In this document: positions 45,769 through 56,200 of the stretch, in pieces | Layout: each line of letters begins with the position of its first letter | Numbering within the stretch: the first letter of the stretch is position 1 | NCBI GenBank assembly: GCA_034436115.1 | Contig: DAOTVY010000045.1 | Span: 15,072-79,071, forward strand | Reading direction: 5' to 3' | DNA from: Chloroflexia bacterium | GTDB lineage: Bacteria > Chloroflexota > Chloroflexia > DTKN01 | DNA: 64,000 nucleotides | The notes under the pieces: model-generated | Seen by the model: the letters and a program-made list of their open reading frames with translations, nothing else | The model's database searches: none | What the model was told of the DNA's origin: nothing | Position numbers and translations under genes: made by a program

Positions 45769-47460
45769 CTAGGGTTGCTCCCCCGGACGATAAGGCTCAA
45801 TCGGCCGGCTTCGCCCCAAGATGACCTTCTGGGTCTTGATGTACCAGAAAGCGATCGTGCGGAAGCGGTCCCCCAGGTCGTTGAGCGGGGTCAATTCGAT
45901 CCCCCGCACCCGAGAACTGACCAGATAGACGAACTCGGGGTAGTAGAGCGGAATCGCCGGCACCTCACGTTGGAACAGTTCTTGGAACTCCCAATAGGCC
46001 CGCGTGCGCTCGTCCCGGTCCAGGACCGTCCGTCCCTCTTCCAGCAGCCGGTCCGCCTCAGCGTTCTGAAAGCCCGATACGTTGAATCCTCCGGGGCCTG
46101 CCTGACTGGAATGCCACAGGGCAAAGCCATCCGGATCCCGGCCCAGCTGGCCCCAGCCATACAGCAGGAGGTCATAGTCGCGTGCTTCCAGCCGTTCCCG
46201 GAAAACAGTGGGGTCCTCTTCGATGACGACGCGGACCGCGATACCCAGCATCGCGAGCTGTTCCTTGATCCGGCGCGCGACCACCTGCCGCTCGGGAGGG
46301 ATGTCCCGGGTCAGCAGGGTCAACTCCAGCGATCGCACGTCCCGATCCCGGACGCCGTCCCCGTTCTGATCGTGCCAGCCGCTCTCCTCGAGCAGCCGGC
46401 TGGCAGCGTCCACGTCGTGCTGAAGAGGAGGCAGGTCCGTTTTGTAGGCCCAGGAAATGGGAGAGATCGGCCCATTCGCCGGGAAGACCGGCTCCCCCAG
46501 CTCGTTCAACAGAGCCGGCAGGTCGAGGCCATAAGAAATCGCCTGCCGAACGCGGCGGTCGGCCAGCAGCGGCGACTGCGTGTTCAGAAAGAGGATCGTG
46601 CAGGCCTGCACATAAGTACGATAGAGCACCAGGTCGGAGCGGCTGCCCGCCCGCGATAGCGCGACACTGGAAAGGCCAAAGGCGCCGTCCACCTCCTGCC
46701 CCAGCAGGGCTTCGACCAATTCCTCCTCGCTGGGATAGAAACGGAAACGCACCGTCTCCAGATAGGGTAGGCGCCCATAGAAGTAGGGGTTCGCCTCTAG
46801 GTCCAGGACGGATAGGCCCTTGCTTCCTTCTTGCATCCCGGCCACGCGAAACGGCCCCGTCCCTACCGGATGCCGGTTGAAATCGCTCTGGAGAAGCGCG
46901 GCGGGCTCCACGTCGCGCAGCAAGTGGGACGGGAGGATCGCCAGGGTGGTATAACTCAGGAACGGGGCATAAGGCCGTTCGAGCACAAAACGCACCCGTC
47001 GGTCGTCCAGGGCCTCCACCTCTACTCGCTTCCAAAGTTCGGCCAGCCCGTTCGGATCCGGGAAATCGGGGGAACGCACCAGAGCCACCGTGTAGAGGAT
47101 ATCCGCACTGGTTAGCGGCGCGCCGTCGTGCCAGCGGACCCCGCTGCGCAAGGTGCAGGTATACACCGTGCCCGCAGGGGAGACCTCCCATCGCTCCGCG
47201 AGCGCCGGGGTGACGGAACCGTCAGGTTCTAGCCGAGAGAGCCCCTCAAAAAGCAGCCGTACGATTGCCCGTTCGGCATCGTTGCTCGCCAGAAGCGGAT
47301 TGAGCGTCTGCACCGTCCCCACTATGCCTTCGACGTAACTCCCGCCGCGTACGGGCAGCACCACCGCCTGACGGGTCAGCGAGAGCTGCGCAAGCAAGCC
47401 CCCCACGGCAAGGATGCCGAGGACCGCGAGCAACGCCTGCCATCGCACCAAGCGGGCCAT
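45769..47460 (-). CDS. ABC transporter substrate-binding protein, family 5 (peptide/nickel type), solo
   Basis: 563 aa with signal peptide; resembles DppA/OppA-type SBPs. No permease or ATPase genes adjacent. Confidence 0.7.
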   Translation of the reverse strand: MARLVRWQALLAVLGILAVGGLLAQLSLTRQAVVLPVRGGSYVEGIVGTVQTLNPLLASNDAERAIVRLLFEGLSRLEPDGSVTPALAERWEVSPAGTVYTCTLRSGVRWHDGAPLTSADILYTVALVRSPDFPDPNGLAELWKRVEVEALDDRRVRFVLERPYAPFLSYTTLAILPSHLLRDVEPAALLQSDFNRHPVGTGPFRVAGMQEGSKGLSVLDLEANPYFYGRLPYLETVRFRFYPSEEELVEALLGQEVDGAFGLSSVALSRAGSRSDLVLYRTYVQACTILFLNTQSPLLADRRVRQAISYGLDLPALLNELGEPVFPANGPISPISWAYKTDLPPLQHDVDAASRLLEESGWHDQNGDGVRDRDVRSLELTLLTRDIPPERQVVARRIKEQLAMLGIAVRVVIEEDPTVFRERLEARDYDLLLYGWGQLGRDPDGFALWHSSQAGPGGFNVSGFQNAEADRLLEEGRTVLDRDERTRAYWEFQELFQREVPAIPLYYPEFVYLVSSRVRGIELTPLNDLGDRFRTIAFWYIKTQKVILGRSRPIEPYRPGEQP

Positions 47461-47467
47461 CGCAGGA

Positions 47468-47695
47468 TCAAGGGAGCAGGCTGCTGATCAGGGAGAGGAG
47501 GAGAAAGACGACTACCAGCCCAATGGTCATCTGGAAAAGTGTTTTCTCCAGGCCCCGACGGGTGTGCAAGGGGGAGAGCATATCTCGCCCACCGAAGATT
47601 CCGCCAAAGCCGGAACCCTTCGACTGCAGAATAATCACCGTTACCAGGGTGGCGCTAATCAGGATCTCGATCAGGTTCAGGGCGTTCCGCAACAC
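47468..47695 (-). CDS. secG: Preprotein translocase subunit SecG
   Basis: 75 aa, two TM helices. ILISATLVTVIILQSKGSGFGGIFGG matches the SecG consensus. Confidence 0.75.
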   Translation of the reverse strand: MLRNALNLIEILISATLVTVIILQSKGSGFGGIFGGRDMLSPLHTRRGLEKTLFQMTIGLVVVFLLLSLISSLLP

Positions 47696-47757
47696 CGGTC
47701 ACGACCTCCAGAAGGCATCCATATCCGCCGCTTCGACAACGGCAAACAACGTTTGAT

Positions 47758-47786
47758 ATTATAGCACCGCTTGTCCCATTTGACAA
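47758..47786 (-). promoter_or_regulatory. Minus-strand promoter TTGTCA-N17-TATAAT for secG
   Basis: Reverse-complement hexamers with 17-nt spacing, about 60 nt upstream of secG. Confidence 0.4.
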
Positions 47787-47804
47787 ACACCCCCAAGAAA
47801 GTGC

Positions 47805-47833
47805 TTGACAGGCGATGGGCTCTGTGCTATGGT
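47805..47833 (+). promoter_or_regulatory. Promoter TTGACA-N17-TATGGT for the FAH-family gene
   Basis: Hexamers with 17-nt spacing, 60 nt upstream of the ATG at 47893. Confidence 0.35.
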
Positions 47834-47892
47834 CGGCCTGGACCGAAGGCACCGTTTTTCCACTGTCCAAGCCGTTACTGGAGGAGTATGAG

Positions 47893-48663
47893 ATGCGGCT
47901 CATTCGCTGCTTCTACCGCGGAACCGTGTGGAGCGGCATCCTCCACGAGGACACGATCTACCGCTTGAGGGGCACCGTCGAAAACCCCGAGCTCGGGGAA
48001 CCGGTTGCCTCGTTGGACCAAGTACAGCTGCTGCCTCCCTGCGTGCCGACCAAAGTGCTTGCCGTCGGACGGAATTACGCGGCCCACGCCGCCGAATTCG
48101 ACAACCCTCTTCCCAGCGAACCTCTCCTCTTCCTCAAGCCACCCAGCTCGGTCATCGGGCCGGGGGAAGCGATCGTGCGGCCGCGCCTCTCCGCACGGGT
48201 GGATCACGAAGCCGAACTGGCCGTGGTCATCGCACATCGTTGCCGACGCGTACCGCCCGAACGCGCGCTCGAGTACGTCTTGGGCTATACCTGCGCCAAC
48301 GACGTCACCGCGCGGGACCTCCAGGAACGAGACGGGCAGTGGGCCCGCGCCAAGGGCTTCGACACCTTCTGTCCCCTGGGCCCCTGGATCGTGCCCGGGC
48401 TCGATCCTGGGGCTCTCGAGGTCGTCGGACGGGTGAACGGGCAGGTGCGACAGTACGGGAACACCCGCGACCTCATCTTCCCGGTACCCAAGCTGATCGC
48501 TTACATCTCCGCGGTCATGACGCTCGAGCCCGGCGACGTCATCCTGACCGGGACCCCCGCAGGGGTCGGCCCACTGCAACCGGGCGACCTGGTGGAAGTC
48601 GAGATCTCGGGCATCGGGACGCTCGCGAACCCGGTGGTGGACGAACAGCCAACCTCACGGTAG
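47893..48663 (+). CDS. Fumarylacetoacetate hydrolase (FAH) family protein
   Basis: 256 aa. Matches the FAH-fold family by resemblance. GGAGGAG RBS. Confidence 0.75.
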   Translation: MRLIRCFYRGTVWSGILHEDTIYRLRGTVENPELGEPVASLDQVQLLPPCVPTKVLAVGRNYAAHAAEFDNPLPSEPLLFLKPPSSVIGPGEAIVRPRLSARVDHEAELAVVIAHRCRRVPPERALEYVLGYTCANDVTARDLQERDGQWARAKGFDTFCPLGPWIVPGLDPGALEVVGRVNGQVRQYGNTRDLIFPVPKLIAYISAVMTLEPGDVILTGTPAGVGPLQPGDLVEVEISGIGTLANPVVDEQPTSR

Positions 48664-49872
48664 CGTCCGCGCGGGCCGTTTGCCCGTACGAGGACGCCGA
48701 CGAGGCTGCGCGGGGACAGGAAGGATCGCTTCCTCTTCTGCCCCCGCCTTCAGCTCTGGGAAGGGCGCCCGATCCAGGATCTTGTTGTAGGCATACAAGG
48801 CGAGCACCTTGAGCGAGGCCAGGATCGGCCCGGAAAGATACGCCCCCACCAGGCCGGCCGACGTCACCCCGACAACTACCCCCACCAACACCACCAGCGG
48901 CGGCAGGTCGATGCTCCCTCCAACGATCCGGGGACAAAGGAAGTTGTTCTCCACCTGCTGAAGGAGCACGTACGCACCCACAACGATCACTGCCACCCAG
49001 AAGTTCGGCAACGGGATCCACATCGATCCCTGCACGAGGGCCACCAGTACCGCCGGCACAAGTGCCAGGAACGGCCCCAGGTTCGGGACGACCTCCATCA
49101 GGCCCGCCAGGAGCGCGAGCGGGATCGCCCCGGGGATCCCCAAAGCGACCAACAAGACAAAGGTGATCGCCGCCATCACCAGGCACAGCACAAGCTGTCC
49201 CCGGAAGAAAGCACTCCACACCAGGGCCAGACGCCGCCGCAGCTCACGAAACTCTTCCCGGTATGCTTCCGGAACAAGGGGGTCCAGCGCAGCTTGCCAA
49301 CGTGGGGCATCTTTCACCATATAGAACGAGTAGAGTATCGTTAGGAAGAAAGCCACCAAGGCCGAGGTCACCGTCGAGGCAAACCCGCTCAGCCACTTGC
49401 TCAGCTTCGGAAGCCAGGTCCCGGGCGGCGGGATCACGGGGGCTGACCCGGCTTCCCCCAGGGCGTCCAGTGCCGGATCGATCACCGGCCTCAGGTCCAC
49501 CTTCGCCCCCGCGATCGAGGCCGTGCGCCAGCGCTCCAGCAGCGTGCGGAGCCACTCCCGCGCTCTTTCCCCCAGTTCCACAAAGTTCAGATCCAACGAG
49601 CGCACCTGGTGCAGGAGGTACGGACCCAGAAGCACCGGGATCGCGGCCAGTGCCAGCAAAAGGAGCAGGTACACGGTCACCGTGGCCAGCGTATGGGGGA
49701 ACCGCAAACGACGGTGTAGAAAGGTGACGATCGGGTACAGCGCATACGCCACCACCGCAGCCATCAGCACCATGGGCAGCACGGGACGGGCCAGGTAAAG
49801 GAGCACGAATCCCACGACCACGCCCACCACCGCCACGATCCGCTTCGTCGTCTCTGTCCAATGGGCTTCCAC
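48655..49872 (-). CDS. AI-2E family transporter (PerM/YhhT, UPF0118)
   Basis: 405 aa, about 8 TM helices. Family call by resemblance only. Confidence 0.7.
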   Translation of the reverse strand: MEAHWTETTKRIVAVVGVVVGFVLLYLARPVLPMVLMAAVVAYALYPIVTFLHRRLRFPHTLATVTVYLLLLLALAAIPVLLGPYLLHQVRSLDLNFVELGERAREWLRTLLERWRTASIAGAKVDLRPVIDPALDALGEAGSAPVIPPPGTWLPKLSKWLSGFASTVTSALVAFFLTILYSFYMVKDAPRWQAALDPLVPEAYREEFRELRRRLALVWSAFFRGQLVLCLVMAAITFVLLVALGIPGAIPLALLAGLMEVVPNLGPFLALVPAVLVALVQGSMWIPLPNFWVAVIVVGAYVLLQQVENNFLCPRIVGGSIDLPPLVVLVGVVVGVTSAGLVGAYLSGPILASLKVLALYAYNKILDRAPFPELKAGAEEEAILPVPAQPRRRPRTGKRPARTLP

Positions 49873-50236
49873 TGAACCCCCTCCGCATGGGCATTGCCTT
49901 TTTCTATTCTACAACACCGAGCCCGCCTGGGCAACCGGTTCCCACTGGGGTTCGGACAAAAAGAACCGATCGCCCCTTGTCCCAACTCCTGTTGAACTTC
50001 AGGTTCCCAAACTTTGGCTGCCCTTCTGCCAACTCAGGATGCGCGAAACATCCCCTCCCTTCAGGACGTCTTGCTACTGATGCGTGCGCCTCGCGACGGG
50101 TTCCCACCGGATTTGTAGGGAAACAGTGGGCAAGCCGCCTTGACGGGTCCCCCTCCGGCCGCTATCATGAAAATCGCCCGTCGGGCAACTTGCGCGGGGC
50201 CGATCGGTGCGCGGGCAAAGAAAGGAGGAGAAAACG

Positions 50237-53200
50237 ATGCGCGTGCCGAAAGCCGTTTCCATCCTTTCCCTCCTCGTATTCCTGGCAACGCTGATCCCGG
50301 GCGTGACTTCTGCCCGCACCCCCCCACCGCCCGAGACACCCATCCCAACTTCCCCCGGTCCCCCTCCAGAAGTTGACCCGCAGATCCTCACGGAGATGGA
50401 CCTTTCTGCGAACGGCACCACCGGATTCTTCGTCCGATTCCGGGGTCGCGCAGACCTCTCTGCTGCCGCCCAGATCCCCGATTGGAAGCTCCGGGGCCGT
50501 TCCGTCTATGAAGCGCTGCGCGCGGTCGCCGAGCGCTCCCAGAAGCGCGTGCGTGCCTTCCTGGACGCCCGGGGCATCCCCTACCGCGTGTTTCTCACGA
50601 CGAACTCGATCTTCGTGACCGGGGACAAGGAACTGCTCCGCGAACTGGCGGCTTTCCCCGAGGTCGAAGCTTTCCGCGCCAACTATACCCACCCGCTGGA
50701 ACCGATCGAGCGCGGGGCTGAAGTCAACGCGCCCGTCGGCCCCTCCTGGAACATCGTGCTGGTCGGCGCGGACCGCGTTTGGAGGGACTTTGGCGTCCGT
50801 GGCGACGGCATCACCGTGGCCAACATCGATACCGGCGTCGAGTATACCCACCCGGCGCTCTTCCCGAACTACAAATGCGGCAGCGGCCCCCACGACGATT
50901 GCTGGTACGATCCCTCCGCGATCTGTCCTCCGGGGCAGCCGTGCGACAACGTCGGGCACGGGACACATACGATGGGCACGATGGTGGGCGACGACGACCC
51001 GACCCTTTCCTATAACGTCGGAATGGCCCCCAACGCGCAGTGGATTGCATGCAAGGGATGCGAAGACTGGTCCTGTTCCGACTTCGCCCTGAACGCCTGC
51101 GCCGATTGGATCCTTGCCCCCAACGGCAACCCCGATCATCGCCCTAACGTCGTGAACAACTCCTGGGGTGGAGGTGGATGTCAGGACTGGTACCGCACCG
51201 CGGTCGAGGCCTGGCGGGCTGCGGGCATCTTTCCCGCTTTTTCCGCCGGAAACAGTGGTCCAGGGTGCGGAAGCCTTGGTTCCCCTGGGGATTACCCGGA
51301 ATCTTTTGCCTCGGGAGCAAGCGACGCGGATGACCAAATCGCCGGCTTTTCCAGCCGTGGCCCCTCCTGCTGGGGCGAGATCAAGCCTGAGGTGGCCGCG
51401 CCCGGCGTGGACGTCTGCTCGACCGTCCCTGGAGGAGGCTTCGAGTGCACCGGCTGGTCGGGCACCTCCATGGCTAGCCCGCACTCGGCTGGCCTGGTGG
51501 CGCTTCTGTGGAGCGCGAACCTCTCCTTGATCGGGAACATCGAAACCACCGAGCGCCTGATCACCTCCACCGCCGTCTGCCGAACGGACCTTTCCTGCGG
51601 CGGCGAGGAGTGCCACAACAATGTCTACGGCTGGGGACGCATCGACGCTTATGCCGCAGTCCAACTGGTCGTCTCTCAGGGATATCTCGAGGGATACGTC
51701 CGCGATGAAAGCGGAACCCCCTTGGGCGGTGCCACCATCCTCGCCCGGCGCCGGACCACCACGATCACCGGCTATACCGATCCCACGGGCTACTATACGA
51801 TGTCCCTGCCGGCCGGCACGTATACCGTTACCGCCGCGCTCTACGGCTACGCCCCACAGACCGTGACCGGAGTCGAGATCATCACCGATACAACGACGAC
51901 CCAGAACTTTACGCTGACCGCCGTTCCCTTCTACCAGGTATCGGGTACAGTCATAGACGCCGGGGGCGGCTGGCCGCTCTACGCCCAGATCGCCATCCAG
52001 GGCGACCCCATCTCTCCCCCGCCCCCCTACGATGCGATATGGACCAACCCTCTGGATGGCTCCTACAGCATTACCTTGGCCGCAGGCATCACCTACACGT
52101 TCCACGTGCGGCCCTGGTCCAAGGGCTACCTGGAGGAAAGGCGACCAGTCGGCCCGTTGACCGGCAACGAAGTCCAGAACTTTGCCCTCCAGGTCGATGC
52201 CGAAGCCTGCATTGCACCGGGCTATCGCCCCAATTTTGCCTACTACGAGGATTTCGAGGCGAGTGACGGGGACTTTAAAACGCTCGGCTCGACCTCCTGG
52301 GCCTGGGGGACACCGACGAGCGGTCCCGGAAGCGCCCACTCTGGCCTGAACGCCTGGGGAACGAACCTGAGCGGGAATTACAACAACGCCGAGGACGGCT
52401 ACCTGGTTTCCCCACCTATCGACCTGAGCGCCTATGCCGGCCAGGGGTTGTATCTATCCTGGTGGCAATGGTTGCAGACCGAGTGGTGCTGCGACTTTGC
52501 TTCCGTCGAGGTGAGCAACGACGGGGGACAGACCTGGCGGCTCATCTATGGCCAGGCCGCCGGCAACGTTGATTTGGTCTGGACGAGACACTGGGCCTTC
52601 CTCGACCCCTCGTATGCGGTCGCAGACTTTCGACTGCGCTTCCGCCTCTATACGGACTGGTCCGTCACCTACCCGGGGTTCTACATCGACGATGTCGGCA
52701 TCCTTCCACTGCCCCTCACGACCGTCTACAGCGAGGACTTTGAAGCAAGCAACGGCGGCTACACCACCCGTGGGAATACTTCGTGGGAATGGGGCACCCC
52801 GACCAGCGGCCCAGGCAGCGCTCACTCCGGCAGCAACGTCTGGGCGACCAACCTGGAGGGCAATTACGGGCCAAACGAGAACGGCTATTTGGAGTCGCCC
52901 GAAATCGACCTGAGCGCCTACGCCGGCCAGGACCTCTACCTCCTATGGTGGCAATGGCTCCAGACGGAGTACCTCTTCGACTACGGGAGTGTCGAGGTGA
53001 GCGCGGACGGCGGCGCGACCTGGCAGCGCGTGTACGGCGAAACAAGTGGCAACGTCGACCTGGCCTGGAGGCAGCGCGGCGCCGTGCTCGACCCCTGGTT
53101 CGCCACGGAACATTTCCGGCTGCGCTTCCGGCTGCGCTCCGATCGCTCGGTCCACTTCCCGGGCTACTACGTAGATGACGTAGCCATCGCCGTTTCCCCA

Positions 53201-56200
53201 CCGGTGGTGCTCGCCTGCAACGCGCAGCAGGGAGGCCTAGTGCTCGGCAACGTCTACGACCTGAACAACGGGACACCGCTGGCGGGTGCCTGGGTGGTGA
53301 ACGACAGCCGACAGATGGACCTCGCACGCTACACCCCCGACCCGGCCGAAGACGATGCCTTCTATCTCCTCTTCTCGCCTTCCGGGTTCCACTTCTTTAC
53401 CGCCACCATGGCTGGCGGGTATCGTCCCGATGTCGAGCTGGTCGAGGTCCCCTTGGGCGGTGTGGTGCGACAGGACTTTCAGTTGGCCGCCGGGCGGCTG
53501 GAGGCTTCTCCCCACGGGCTTGCCGTCACGCTCGATATGGGACTCTCCACCACCCTCCCCTTGACGCTCCACAACACCGGCTCGGCGGCGGCCCAGTTCG
53601 CCGCGCGCGAAAGCGACCGGGGCTTTGTCCCGGCCATCACGAGCCTCCCACCGAGCGGAGAGCCGTTCAGCGCTCCGGCACCGGTCGGGCCGCTTTCTGT
53701 GCGGAGCGCCGAAGGACGTGCGGCCCTCTCCGGGATGGCCCACCCACTCGCCTGGAACGGCGCCAGCCCGGTGCCCGGTGGGGTGGTCCGCTACGCGCAT
53801 GCTCAATGCCCGGGCGAGAAGGATTCCTTCTACGTGATCTCGGGAGTGGACGGTTCCTTTCGCGTGACGGCCAACACGTGGCGTTATGATGCCCAGACGG
53901 ACACCTGGACGCCGCTCGCTCCCCTCCCCGCTCCCCAGGAGGGGCCGATCGCGGTTTGCGACGAGGGCCGCATCTACGTCATGGGCGGAGGCGGAACGAA
54001 CCAGTTCTACATCTACGATATCGCCTCCGATACCTGGAGCGCCGGCCCCGCCCTACCACGCAATGTCTGGGGCGCTGCCGCCGGCGTATGGAACGGCCGC
54101 ATCTACCTGATCGGCGGGGACGACGACTTCTGGTTCGGTGGCACTTCAGACCGGGTGGACATTTACGACATCGCCTCCGGACAGTGGATCGGCACCGGAC
54201 CATCGATGCCCTATCCCGCGTTCGCCATGGGCTTTGTCCAGGCCGGCCCTTACCTCTACATCGTCGGCGGCTGGAACGACAACTACCCGCAGAACTTGGA
54301 CAAGACCCAACGGTTCAACATGGAAAACGGCACCTGGGAAATCGGCCCTACCTTCACCAGCGCGCGCGCGGACATGGCCCTGGCCATCACGAGCCAGTAC
54401 CTCTACGCCATCGGAGGCGATGCCAACGGGGGCAGCCCCTTCGACCCCTCGGCCACCGTGGAGCGGCTCGATTGGACCGCCTGGCCAGGGGGGACCTGGA
54501 GCGAAGTGGGTGAACCTCTGCCTCGCGCCTATACCTCCAACAACGCGGGCTATTGCACGGAGGCTCGGAGCGGGGGCGAGGTATGGAGCGTCGGCGGCTA
54601 CGACGGAGGCGCCATCGTCGGGGACACCTGGTACCGGCCGTCCGAACCCTGCTTCAGCCTGGATGTACCCTGGCTTTCCGTTGTGCCGATCTCCGGTACT
54701 GTGGATGTGGCCGGAAGCCTGGTGCTGACGGTCACGTTCGACGCCGGCGTGCCCGAGGTCGATCAGCCCGGGAACTACTACGCCACTCTCTCCTTCGCCA
54801 ACGATACCCCGTACGGCTCGGTCGCTGTCCCGGTGACCCTCACTGTGCCGGCGCCGGCTTCCTGGGGAAGGCTCTCGGGCACCGTCTATAGCCTGGGCTA
54901 CTGCGATGCCCATACGGCTACCCTGGCCGCTCAGATCCTGATCGAGAGCTCGTCCGGTCAGACTTGGACCGTGCGGACGCGCCAGGATGGGACCTACGTT
55001 CGCTGGCTGGAAGCCGGGACGTACACGGTGACCGTGTCTGCCCCGGGGCACCTGCCCCAGACGGATGTGCTCGCTCTGGAGGCCGGGCAGTCGGTGGTCC
55101 ATGACGTCTCCCTGCGCCTGAACCAGCCCTGCGCGATCCTCGAACCGGCCGCGATCGAGATCTCCCTCCCATACGGCACCGGGACCTACACCCACCCGAC
55201 CGGCCTGACGCTCTTCAACCGAGGGGCCCAGGAGCTGACCTTCGCCTTCCGCGAGTTCAGCGGTTCCCTGGGCCTCGCCGGGGGGACCGTCGAGTACCTC
55301 CCCGAGCCCCACGCCGGTAATCCCACCGCGCTGCTGCATAACGGTCCCATCCAGGGATCCCTCTCCCGCCGGCCGTACGTCTACCATGTGCCCGGGGTCC
55401 AGCAGTTCAACATCATCGCCTACGCCGACGACGACCAGCACGTTCCCACCGCGGTCGAGCTCGCCCTGCAGGGCCTCGGACTTCCCTATACCTTCTACGG
55501 CTATGACCCTTACGGAGACAACCTTGGGCGCTTCCGCGATGCAGTGGAACAGGGCGGCTGGGACCTGGTCATCCTGGCGGCGGAGACCTGGTCGTTCGTC
55601 GATGCGAGCGAGTACACAGCAGTGCAGCACCATCTGGAGTTGGGTGGGCTGGCCATCGTCCAGTCCTGGGCGGTGGGTGTAGATCCGGCCCACCAGGACC
55701 ACCCGCTCTGGGCGCTCTTGGGCGGGCAGTATGCGGGCTGGCTGAACACGCCTGCCCCCCTCTACTGGTGGGATGACGGCCATCCGCTATTCAACGTCCC
55801 GGAGCAGGTGCCCGAATTCACCGATCTGAACGACTTGGGGTACTGGGCCTACGGCGCACGGATGACCCTGCTCGGTGGACCGGAAACCGGGTTGGGCGGC
55901 TTCACCGAACAGCCTGCAGAGGGCCAGGCCGGCGTCATCCTGCGCGAGGACTGGACGGCGATCTACAAGGGCCTGACAGACAACCTGAACTCGGCCGACC
56001 GGGACGCCGATGGCAAGTGGGATGCGAGCGAATGGTGGACGAACGCCGTGCAGTTTCTCCTCTATCCACCGAGCGAGGTACCCTGGCTGTGGGTTGACCC
56101 GATCAGCGGCACCGTACAGGCCGATAGCAGCGTTCATGTGGACCTCTATGTCACCGGTGTCCTGACCGAGCCTCTGCCCGTTGGCACTTACACGGCAACG

